From the human T2T-CHM13v2.0 reference genome, Homo sapiens, in assembly GCF_009914755.1 (NCBI RefSeq), contig NC_060939.1: a DNA stretch of 64,000 bases; one strand, given 5' to 3'. Position 1 is the first letter of the stretch; each line of letters opens with the position of its first letter. The notes under the pieces were generated by a model. The model worked only from the letters and a program-made list of their open reading frames with translations, was not told the origin of the DNA and ran no database searches. This document shows, piece after piece, positions 12,721 to 28,177 of this stretch. A program made the position numbers and the translations under genes.

Positions 12721-14558
12721 TTTTTATCGTCATTGTCATCATCATCACTGCTAATAACAAGAGGGAAGACATTCCAGGGAGAGAAAATGGCACAGGCTGA
12801 GACCGGAGGGAACAAGGACAGTGAAGAACCCACCCTAGCCAAAGCAAAAAAGACCCTTGGAAATGATGGGGTAAAGTTAGCTGCATGGGGCCAGTGTGAT
12901 CTGGAAGGGCTGTGCACACCAGAGAGTAGTGGGGCAGTTGGACGCTCTTGTTGGTTCTTAAGCAGGGAAGTGGCTGGTCAATGATAGACAGATAGGCAGG
13001 CAGGGCGGACAACAGGACTGATTCCGCCTGCCCCTGGTGGGCCAGACCCTCTGGCTGAAGCTGATTCGTGCATAGGAATGTCCTAATCCTTTGGCTGTTT
13101 CTCAAATTTTGCGAAGGTCTCTAGCCAAAAGGATGGGAAACCGAGTTCAGCGCTTGTAGCTGTTTGGCAGCATGTCACTTGTCTCTCTTTCTGCATCTTC
13201 TTTTCTGTGTCCTTTCTGTCACTATCAGGGAAAATCATTAGTATGCTAATCTAGCTAGCCGTCATTTTAACACTGACCTTTGCTAACCTGCCTTTGCAAT
13301 TTCAGGAACTATGTTTGACTTCTCTAAAAGTAACCTTAAATTGTAGTCTTGTAAGAATTCCAGAGCTGTATCCTTCACTCCTTCTTCTAATGAGGTTATG
13401 ACCAAATGCTCATTATAATTGCTTTAGACTCCTTTTAATTTTCAAGCTTATTAATCATAAGAAGAGTTATTTAAAATTGCATAAATTAATCTTAGATTAA
13501 AAGCCCATCAAAGCCTCGAAACAATTAAGAATAAGTAGGATTTCCCTGGGGCAGCAAGTTTTATTTTAATATTGTAGTCAGGTGGATATCAGAACCTTGA
13601 AGTATGGTAGTGATTAATGTATGCAAAATTTAAATGAGATTTTTTAAATGGCAAATCTAAATCACATGTTGACCTAACTGTAGGCTTTAACTGCATTGTC
13701 TGTCATATATTTAAACTGTTTACTAATCAACATTTTAATTACAGCATGTGCTGGCAGACCCTAGGACAAATAAAATCTAGCATTTAAAAATGTTACTGCA
13801 GTCTATTACCCAAAAATAATAAGGCTCTTAATAAAATTGGGAAAAAATGGAGGAATGAGAAAACAGTAAACTTTGTTGGCACAGCACCGTCCTAAGGTGT
13901 GGAGACTGTTCTGGATACTTCTCAGCCCCTGATCTCACCTTGAAATTCTGCTGGTCTGAGGCAGCTTCCTCTTCATGGAACTGCAAGTGTGTTGCCTTTG
14001 ATGTTGATTTATATGTAATTAGGGAACTACTTTGCTTTATATATTTGAGTCCCTGGTTGCAAGCATTATTTACTTAAACAATGTATAGCTCTGGGGCCCC
14101 CAGGCCTTCTCCCCTTTTTTTTATATGGAGATAAGATGTTTCCAGAAATTTGATTTGGCCTCAGCCAGTCAGCAGCCTTTTGTCCTGCCTTCCACTCACC
14201 TCCTTGTATCACTGCTGGGTTATACAGGCTGTCCCCAGGAAGGTAGCCTCAGGCTGTCTTAAGTTTGGAAAGTATTTCTCTATTTTATAAATACTCTGCT
14301 TCATTATTGAAGGTAGATGGGTAAGAGAGTCACCTTGAGCAAGTTACTTCACCCCTGGAAACTTTAGTACCCACTGCATGGAAAGGGGATAATAGTGACC
14401 AATTTACTGTTACTGTTTTTGTAAAAAGGCAAATAAGGTGAAGCACATAAGCACTTAATATAGTAGTTGGAAAATAATAGGTTCATAAGCAATGTTTATT
14501 CCTGCCATCATCCATATTTATTTGCTAAAACTAGTTTTTAAATTATGATTAAAAATTT

Positions 14559-14851
14559 GGCCAGACATGGTGGATCATGCTTAATTCTAGCTCTTGGGGG
14601 GCTGAGGCAGGAGGATCACTTTAGCCCAGGAGTTCGAGACCCGCCTGGGCAACATAGTGAGACCCTGTCTCTACAAAAACTTAAAAACTAGTTGGACATG
14701 GTGGCACTGCCTGTAGTCCCAGCTTCTCAGGATGCTGAGGTGAGAGGATCACTTGAGCCCATGAGGTAGAGGATGCAGTGAGCCATGATTGTACCATTGC
14801 ACTCCAGCATGGGTGACAGAGAGAGACCCTGTCTCAAAAAAAAAAAAAAAA
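14559..14851 (+). mobile_element. Alu (AluJ-like), full length
   Basis: ggccagacatggtgg...gaggatcactt...gagaccctgtctc + poly-A; J-type diagnostic positions. Confidence 0.95.
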
Positions 14852-14859
14852 TTACACAG

Positions 14860-15730
14860 TACAGAAGGATATACAGTAAGAAGTTAGTCTCCTTCCAATC
14901 CTCCATATCTTCCAGCCCCAATCTCTAGAGATAAGCATTGTTAATAGTAGCTTGGGTATCCTTCTAGAATTTTTAATTCTTTTTATTCTGCACCTTGCTT
15001 TTTTACTTAGTGAGTCATTGAGGTCTTTCCATATAATATAAAGATCAACCTTATTCTTAATGGCTGTATAGTATTCCATACTATGGATGTATCATATTTA
15101 TTTATCCAGGACCCTGTCATAGGATATTTTGACCATTTCCATATTTTTTTGTTATTAAGACAGTGACTGTGTCTCTATGTATACATCTTTGTATACTGGA
15201 TATGAGAATGTTAGCTCTTCTTCTTCATCTCTTCTGATACTAAATTATCAGATTTTAATCTTTGCCAACCTAATCAGTGGCAAAATGGTATCTAGTTGGC
15301 CAGGCGTGGCGGCTTAACGCCTGTAATCCCAGCACTTTGGGAGGCCAGGTGGATCACCTGAGGTCAGGAGTTCGAGACCAGCCTGGCCAACATGGTGAAA
15401 CACTGTCTCTACTAAAAATACAAAAATTAGCTGGGTGTGGTGGGGGGACCCTGTAATTCCAGCTACTCTGGAGACTGAGGCAGGAGAATTGCTTGAACCC
15501 GGGGAGGTGGAGGTTGCAGTGAGCCGAGATCGCACCATTGCACTCCAGCCTGAGCAACAAGAGCAAAACTCTGTTTCAAAAAAAAAAAAGGATCTAATCA
15601 TTTTAATTTATGTTTATTTTATTAAGTATGAGGATTAACACTTCTTTCATATGTTTGTTGGTCACATTTTTTTTTTCACATTCTTTGCCTGTTTTTCTGT
15701 TGAATGTGTTGTCTCTTCCTTCATCTTGTT
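14860..15730 (-). mobile_element. Old L1M 3' fragment interrupted by an Alu
   Basis: taatggctgtatagtattccatactatggatgtatcat is the reverse of the L1 3' 'atggaatactatacagccatta' motif; L1-like T-rich text resumes after the Alu. Confidence 0.6.
15298..15589 (+). mobile_element. AluS (Sq-like), full length
   Basis: ggccaggcgtggcggct...cacctgaggtcaggagttcgagaccagcctggccaacatggtgaaa...caacaagagcaaaact + poly-A. Confidence 0.95.
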
Positions 15731-18700
15731 GAAGATTGATTTTTCCATCTAGACAGTGAAGGGGGTGGACACAACTTCCAAGGCCCCATCCCACTTCTGC
15801 AGTCTGTGGTCCAGGCCCGAGTGTCCTTTGGGCAGCTTTTACACTACCAAGGTGCTATTTGCTCATGACCTTGTCAAGCAACATTGAGGTTGAATAGCCA
15901 ATAGCTGGGGGTAAACTACAAGAGAGTCGTTTTCTTTTCCCTTTGTTTGGTTGTGTATCTTTCTTCCACTCTTAAAAAAGCAGGCTTGGAAATTGCAAGG
16001 CAGAGCTGGATTGAACTTCCTTTAAAGCAGCCTGTAGACATCAGGAATATTTATTTTTTCTATTTGTTTTAAGCCTGGGAAGACTGTGTGGTTTTCTCAA
16101 CACTGTCCTGATGGAGCCCTGACCAGCAAGCGTGCAATGCCCCTAGCCCTAATGTGCCATTAATGATAGGTTAATGTACAGTATAATGTTTTTGGGACTA
16201 CGGGTTCATTACACTTCTGAGTGTGAGGTCTTTCCACAGAGCGCCCAAGGTCCCATTGCATTATATCATGCAATAAAAATACCCTTTTCATATCACACAC
16301 TAATAAACTGTATTTGAAATGCTGTCTGAGGGCACTGCTGTCTTGTCTATAGGCTGTGCACAAGTGCAACAGTTGGGATTCCTTTTTTCTATTTTGTGGT
16401 TTAGTTACATGGAATTCTAAACCCAGAAGTCTGCTCATTCTTGTTTTAAATGGGGAGCAAGTTGGGTCTTTAGGGCTGAGGCTCAGAGGAGGGGCTGCTT
16501 ACTGAGTGGTGAGGGTCTTTAAGATGTGGAGAGCAGCCTTTAATTCTCTACTGCAGCTGTCAGGAGAGCCAGTCACATAAAAACAAACAAACAACAAAAA
16601 AAAAACCTGTGTCCTAATGTCTGCCACACTTAGTGCTGAACATGTGTTAGGTGTTATAAAAGTTTCCTTAGAAAAGGAGTATGATAAGTACTGCAAAATT
16701 TAGGCCACTGATAGTTATGACTATGGAACTGCCTCTGGGCTGGGAATTTCACACACACTGTCCTGTGAGGTTGATGCTGTTCTCCATATTTTACAGAAGA
16801 CGAGTCAGAGCTAGGGGGAATAAGCTGTGTTGTAGAGAATGAAATCCATAGGACTCCTGGAAACCACAGGTAAATTATTACCTGTCTACCCAGAGAGAGG
16901 TCCTCACGCCATGAATAGTCCACCTGTGAGACATCCGAGCTGCAGCTGGGCAGGAGCCAAGCATCTTCTTTTCAAATGCACATGGCCCTAGTGCCCTTCT
17001 TAAGTTATTCATACTTTCCTGTGAATTGGCTTAATGTCAGCAGTTAGCTGGCATAAGATGACTTTGAAGCTTTGGAAGAGGAGACTCTTCTGCATTAAAC
17101 AGGAAAAGGGGCATTGGAGTTGAGGGATGAGGCAAAGACTGAAGGATCAAAGGGCTTCAAATCACCTGTTTCATATTTTCTCTAAGGCAGACTCTGACTT
17201 TGTTATGCAGGGGCTTGTTTTGACCACTTGTGGAGTGTGGGGAAAGACTGACCTGTGAAGGCCAAGAACCTCAAGAAACTTGGGCTCAGGCATCATTACC
17301 ATCTTAGAGTGCAGTGTCCTTGTTTATAAAATAGGTTATCATTTACTTTCTGATAGGGCTTTTGGAGATCACATGAACTAATGTAAATGAAAGCACCTAG
17401 TGAGCACCTGGCACAGGGTAAGTGCTCACAACTGGCTGCTATTATATTGCACATCATCACAAAAGGCACAGGTTTGGGAGCTGACATCCAGTGCAAATCC
17501 CAGCTTTACCTTGGCCAAATCCACAAATTGAGGGAAGTAACAGTAATGCCATCCAGCTGCTTTATGGGGTTGTTGTGACACTGAAATAAGATAATGAGCT
17601 TGAAAGCCGGTTGTAGAATGAAAACCACTACTCAAATGCTGGTATCAGTAAATATAAGCATTTCTCTCTCCAAATCAACATATTCAAACTGGGTTGTCTT
17701 TAAATAAATATCCTTACAGCAAAGGCAGTAGGAGCAGCTATTAGGAAGATTCACTGATCTGTTCCCCTCACCACCAGGGAGAATGTCATGGCTGCAACAA
17801 AGACTTAAAATAGCACAAAGCATATAAAAGTCAGGGCAATTCTTACCTCCTACCTCTTCATAACGACAGAGCACCAGGCAGAGGAGGGGCAGGGCCAGGT
17901 CTCTGCTCACCTGCATTGGTGAGAAGAGAGCCAATACCTGCTCAATGTGGACAGTATTGCTTAGAACAGTGGTTGGAGGTCAGGTTTGCAAAAGGAGGTT
18001 AAGATCAAAGGAACTGTGTTGAAGGGTTGAGTTGGTCTGGTGGAAAGAAAAAAACTAGGACGTTGCTAAGACCCTCCTGCAAAAGACTGGACCTTCTGGC
18101 TCTAGGCAAAGTCCCCTTAATTGTTATGAGAAGAGTATTTAAATTTCAAGGATAATTAGTTTTTCTCTTAAGGGGTATAGGGTTAGACTAAACCTTTTAT
18201 TTTTAGATGTGAGGTCTTTGAAACACTTGGATACACCTCTCAGGGGTTAAATCTGTCTTTGGGGCTACCAGGACTTGAAAAATGTTGCTCTGTATCAAGA
18301 AAACCAGAAGTGACAAGTTCATTTAAAAAGCCTGGTTTGTCATTGTTTATCTAATTTTCGGGGTTGACACAGAAAATTAAACCAGCTGACACTCACTCTC
18401 TGACCGTCTCTCTGGCTCATTTCCCTGGTCCTTTCCTACCTGACCTTGCAACTACAAAATGCTCCAGACCCTAAAATATAAAACTTCCCACTGAGTTTCT
18501 GAGTCACCCTGCAGTCATTCCAAGATTATGTCATTGGATGTCATCCCTAATGGTATTAAAAATCAAGATGAAGTTGTAAATCTGCTCTGTGAGATATTTC
18601 TTTTCCGCCCCCCGCTTTGACCATAAATCTTAAAAGTAATCAAACTCTCTGCAAAGAAGCCAAGGTAAACTTGGGCCCAAAGCGGCCCCGTATGTCTTTA

Positions 18701-19017
18701 ATGAATTCAGAGGATCGGCAAGCTTGTCTGTCCCCATGAGATCACATGGTGCTTCATGGCAAACTTTACAGAAAAGTGGGCAAAGTGAGAGCCTTCATTG
18801 TGTTTAATATGGATTTTCTAAAACTCACATGGCAACATCATAGGTGGATGAGCTGCTCCATGTAAGAAAATTATTCAGATAACTGTAGTGTATTCTTTAT
18901 AAAATCAAACTTTAAAAAATTACAAGCAAGAGGTCTTAAATGTGTTATAACACTGCTCTATCCTCTTAAACAGATTACATGCATCAGGATTTAATTTTTT
19001 ACAAAGTTAAATTTACT

Positions 19018-19160
19018 TCCAGCTACTCGGGAAACTGAAACAGGATCATCTGAGCCCAGGAGTTCAAAGGTGTAGTGCGGAATGATTGTGCTTGTGAATA
19101 GCCACTGTGCTCCAGTCAGGGCAACACTGTGAGACCTCATCTCTAAAAAAAAACAAAAAA
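19018..19160 (+). mobile_element. Alu monomer (FAM-like, 7SL-derived), 5' truncated
   Basis: ccagctactcgggaaactga...tgtagtgcgg...gaatagccactgtgctccag...gagacctcatctct + A tail; the gaatagccactg segment is characteristic of FAM. Confidence 0.75.
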
Positions 19161-20949
19161 TTCTTTAGCTCATTATTATGGACATTGTCTATTTGCCATG
19201 TTCTATACCAGTATCTCCTGATATTGACACGAGTAGGGCCATTTGTCCCTAGGCTGGTTGACCCCAAGCTGGTTTTTTGTTTTTGTTGTATAGTTTTGCT
19301 AGTAGATGTCATTTCTTGCTGCTGTTCTTGTTCCTCCCTTTAACACACCTTTGTCTTCTCCTTCTATTTGGCTGTTTCTCTTGTGCTTTTAATTGGGAAA
19401 TCAGATACTAAGCTTGTTAGAATCAAGTCTAAAATACAAGAAAGCTGGCTTAAGGAAAAGCTTGAGGCACTACCTAAAATTAAAATGTTCAAGTTCTAGT
19501 TTAACTTCCATATTCTTAGTCTGAGATAAGGGTGTCAAAGTATAGTGGTCTATAGATTGTAAAGTGCCCCTAGATTTGGAAACTGGCCATTTCACTGTAT
19601 AGAAAATATACTCTTTGATCACGTTGTATATAAATGTCCAAGTTTGAAGCAATATGATTATTTTGATCTTGAATCAGTAATTAAGGTGGACTTCAAACTG
19701 TTGAGGTTTTATTTTCTGAGAGGACCAAAGAGTCATGAATGTGCCAGGGAAAGTCCTTAGGTTCTAAAACCAGACTTAGATCTAGGCACATAGAAACCGC
19801 TCCACACATCCATAGTGAATCTTATTGAATTAAAGACCCTTGGTAAAATAGACACAGCTACCATTAGAAGGAAGCTTGCAACTGAATAACTTGTCTTTCT
19901 TAACAGTGGAAATAGACTTTGGTTTCATGAGGCTCTGCAGTGAAGGTGGCCAGCTTATTTGTAACCAAAGTGTGCTCCCTCAGTCATTCATTCTGCCCAT
20001 GACCAGTGACACCACCTTGGAAAATGCAGGTCACACCAGTCACCACCATCAAAAACGCATTTCAGGCTTCTGTACATTTAATTTTCTTCAACATTACCTT
20101 GGAAACCACAGTAAATCAATAACAGAATAGTTAAATACCACAGGTTCTTTGTGTTTTGCTTTAGAAAATATTGCTCAAGGCTAAGAGTGAGTTCTATTGA
20201 TGATTTTTATTTGCTGCTGGGATGCAAAACAATCAGAATTTTCGAAGAGTTTGCTTCCTTTTTGTGCATTTCCTTTTTTAAAAAAGGAGGGGTCTGTTTC
20301 AGATGGAAAACATTGGTCGCTAATAGCAGAAACTTGAGAATAATTGGTAATTTTCAATCCTGTAGAAAACTAGACTAGGTCTGATGACTTTGACCTTTGT
20401 TACGCTCTTCTTCCAAATTTTCCCCAGCCAGCTCCCTGCACTCCTGACCCTCAGCAGCCCATTCCACTGAGGGTCGGGTAACTCTGGAACATCACAGCTG
20501 AAAAAAAAAAAAAAAAAAGACGGTACTTCATTTAGCGTTATTTACATTTACCCAAAGTTTTGATGTTTTGATGTCCAGTGTCTAGCAATTTTTTCCTCTG
20601 TATTTTTTGTTGATTTGATAGCAGCAAAAATTTTCCACTTTGGCTCAGTCTTTGTGTAAATGGTTTGTTTCTCCCTGTTAAGGAACTAGAAAAACTGTTA
20701 CTAAGATTTTAAAGGGGTAGCAGCCTTTACTTAATTGGCTGCTTCTTGAAATAAGATGAGACAATAGATATGAAATGCTTTGAAAAGTTAAAACTATGAT
20801 GATAGGACTCTGAAACCTCTGACGCCCCCGCGGTGGGTGATGTTTTGTCAGTGCTCATTGGCACCTTGCCAGCCACCACCATTATCACTTCTCCACTTCT
20901 CATCATCTCACACTCCCTTTCTGCTGTTGTGAGTCGTCACTCTCAGCAT

Positions 20950-24214
<3,265 letters not shown>

Positions 24215-24750
24215 TAAACAGGCCAGTGGCACAATTCTGCCATTCACAAGGATCAGCTTCCTCCGACAAACTCATGAGTGTCGGCACCCCAAGTGTCTAG
24301 CCACCTCACCATGGCCCACTGGAGTCATCCTGTGCCCCATCCAACACCGTACAACACTGGTCCTGCGGCTGCTCTGTAAGTACAGGCCCTAGAATGACTC
24401 ACAGACACCTCTGGAAACATTTTTTTTCTCCCAGTGGTCCATTTCTGGCCTATTACTCTGTGTAGAAACACATAGATCTGCTCAGATGAAAAGTGGAGAG
24501 CTGCTTGACCCCCTTAGGTGCCTGCGTACTGTCTAGGATGGCTAGAGGTAAGCAATTTGCTGCTAATAATTGAATATTTGGGGAAAAACATCTATTTCTA
24601 TAGCAATTATGAAGAATAAACTCAGGAAGGTTGATTGAAATGACATGTCACAGCTGCATACCACTTCCCAGGTCTTAAAAGGAAATGAAGGGCTGGCAAG
24701 GAACCCCCACCCCCAAATATGGAAAAGCTTTAGAAATCAGAGGCCAAGAC

Positions 24751-25081
<331 letters not shown>

Positions 25082-27429
25082 TCAGAACAAATGCCTTGTG
25101 TGGAAAACTCTGCATTCGTGGCATTTGCCCAGGTATGCTCGCTATGTGGACAGGAAGACTCCACATCTTTGGTGCAAGCACCTCCTCTCACCCCTGTGCC
25201 CTCAAGTGCAGGACCTGTGCTCTGTGTGGAGGAATAACCCTCACCTGCCCAGAGTATATCTGTGAAGCACCACCCCAGGGTCAGGTGACTTCATTTGGTC
25301 CTTACAACCCACTCCGGGAGGAAGAGAGAGCAGGTGGTATTTGGTGTGGGTGAGGAAGCTGCAGACAGCTGCCCTGTGTTCAAAACCAGCTGACAGATGA
25401 GACCCAGAAATGATGGAGAGAAAGTATCAGCTTTACTTCTATACAAATCTGGATTGGAGGATGTATTTACAAGTGTGGCCCCAGTGGCCTTGCTACGCAG
25501 AGGTGAACAACTGCAGGCCTCCTGCAGGCTTAGAGCCTGCCTGGAGGCTCAGCATGAGATGGCAGGCCAGACAGATCTGCCCAGTGGGCCCACCCACCCA
25601 ATGTTGCCACTCCCTCCCTGGGGACAAGGCTCAGGAGTGTTACAACAGCAGCAGTACTTCCATATAGAATGAAGCCAGGAGAAGGGAGGCCCCCTCCACT
25701 CTTTGGTATTATCTCTTTTATAGGCGAGGCCCTAGTGGGATGGCCAGGGGAGGGCTGACCGACTCTTAGCCAGGGGCCCTTGCTGTCACTCCACACAGAG
25801 TGGGGGGCAGTGGGGGGGATTGTTATTGTGATGCTTTGGCTTCCTCTTGCTGAGTCACTTATCAGGTCCTCTCCTTCCCTGGCCATTCCTGTTGATTAGC
25901 CTGGCCACGCCCAGCCTGGAAGGAAGAGTTGGCCCCAGGGATAGTTATGATTTATTATCTCATGTAATTAATATTATCAGGCTGCCCACTATCCTGCCAC
26001 TTGTCAGCAATTCAGCAGACAGTGGAAATCTGTGCATCCTCCCATAAATTATTTAACGTCTCTAATCTGAAGTTTTCTCCGGGGATTAGATTGGTAGCTT
26101 TAAAACTTTAACAGTGGAACATGTTTTATTATGTAAAATTAATGCAAGACTTCAATATTAATGTAGAAGTGGGGTTTTTTTTTAGCATGAATGTATTAGT
26201 ATCCATTGTAGACACTTCTTTTTAAAGTCATCCATGAGACTTAAAGGACAAAAAATTCTGAGAGCCAGGGTCACAAGGGCCAGTGGCAATCTCATACCTA
26301 CACACAGCTTATTTCTGTATATTGTCTCAGCACAGTGTCAAGGAAATCCTCACTCACCTAAGTTGCCTTCCCAACTTAGGCATCCATCAAACCAATGTAG
26401 ATGCTTAACAAAGGAATAGCAGAAATGTTTTATTTTACAGTTAGCCACTGACAGCAATGACCAATTGTTCATATGAATCGTTTATGGTAAATATATTGGT
26501 CAGACAAATGGTACTCAAACCTTATGGGAACTGACACCATCAGAAACTCAGAGCCATGGACCACACTGTATCCCCCACCCCGATGTACGTGATGGGGCTC
26601 AGTGTACCTGGGCTTTGGTGCACTCACACAGCTTTACACATGCATGTGTACGTCCTAAGTGGACGTCTTTTTTCAAATGACCAGTGCACCACAGCAGCCC
26701 TCCTAGCCCATGCTTGCCATGTAAGAAGTTGAATAATATGCACAGATCTAATAAGCGGACTCTAAAAGCTGCAAAAAGTAACACCACAGTACAAGGTAAC
26801 AGATCACCAGTATTCAGTGTAACCCTTTGACCATAGTTGAGTGTATGTTATTTTTTTAAATCCGTTTTTAAAACTGTAGCTAAAAATTTTCTTAACAGAA
26901 TTTGAAACCGCTGCAGAGCCCCCAAAGCACCTCACACCCTATGGCTCCGCTGGACTGTAAGATCCCATCTAGTCCTAACACTCCATTAGTGTGAGAAGGG
27001 ACAGAAGTGTTATCACAGCCAAGCGGGCTGGAATCCTAAAGGGAGATGCATAGAGCCTTCAAGCAAGGCTCACAGGTCCAGCAATGAAAGGCAAAGGGAT
27101 GGGCAGTGGGTTGGCATGTGGAGGTCCCTTCGGCCTCTCAAATCACCATTTACAGGGCAGTCACCTGATCACAGGGCTGCCCTGTCCCAACAGCAGCTTG
27201 TTGGAGTCTTTACTAGGCCAGGCTTACTGCTTCAACAGGTTCATGAGTCCTTGGCCTCCTATCCCATGCAGCATCCTTGGTGGGAGAGGATGTGCTTGGT
27301 GCTCACCCTGAGGCAGAGCAGTCCTGTGGTCCGGAGAGCCACCAAATGTCTAGAGCAGCCACAGCTTATGGAGCCATCTCCCCAGAGAGACACCACCAGT
27401 AGGCAGGCAGTGTGGTGTCTTCCATGGTA

Positions 27430-27610
27430 GAAGAGTGTCCTGGGTTTAAACTCTAACTCTGCCACTTTCTCCATGACCTTGCCACATAATATCAAGCTTC
27501 CTAGAGCTTTAGTTTCCTTTATAAAATGGGGGTGCCGGGAGGGTTCAGGAGAGCTGTGGTCAGATGTAAGGCATTCAGCCAATGCCTGTACACAGCAAGT
27601 GCTCAGTAAG
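27430..27610 (+). mobile_element. MIR
   Basis: cctgggtttaaactctaactctgccact...catgaccttg...agtttcctttataaaatgggg. Confidence 0.7.
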
Positions 27611-28105
27611 TAGATGTATACATACAGAATATAGAAGTCACCTTTTCATGAGGGCCTACCACATGCAGGCATTGCACCAGGCCCTGCAGCCACACCAGCA
27701 AGTTATTAAATTATTCAAATGCATTATATTCTCTAGAAAGTTATAGAAAGAGATGAAAGTATGGGGACCCCAAATAGGTACATTCCTATTTCAGAAGAAG
27801 CTCAAAGCCCAACTAAGGGCAGACAGCGAGGTGTCATTAAATGAGCACTGGACTGGAAGTCCAGCCCCACAGGCCTCAGGCAGCACCCACACACTGCGGC
27901 AGGCTCGGAGCCTCCATTCTTGCCCACAAGATGAGCACACCAAGCCCTGCCCCCTGCCTCCACGTGGGAGGGGCCCGGGAGTGTCCTGCTGTCAGTCCAT
28001 CAGGAAGGCATCTCAGCACAGTGGAACATGTGGCCAGGAATTAGGGACGTTAGTACAGAGGCAAAGAGTCAAACTAGTGACACACTGACTAAAGCCCAGG
28101 TGGAG

Positions 28106-28177
28106 GAGGGAGCGGTGAGCAACCACAATTCATCTTCATGAGAGGGAGCGGTGAGCAACCACAATTCATCTTCATGA
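28106..28177. repeat. Perfect 36-bp tandem duplication
   Basis: gagggagcggtgagcaaccacaattcatcttcatga at 28106-28141 and 28142-28177. Confidence 0.97.

Noticed and set aside
19018-19160. Possible 7SL RNA gene
   Set aside because: Lacks the S domain and 5' end and has an A tail; it is an Alu monomer fossil.
28106-28177. 36-bp direct repeat as CRISPR-like
   Set aside because: Only two adjacent copies with no spacer, in a mammalian genome.
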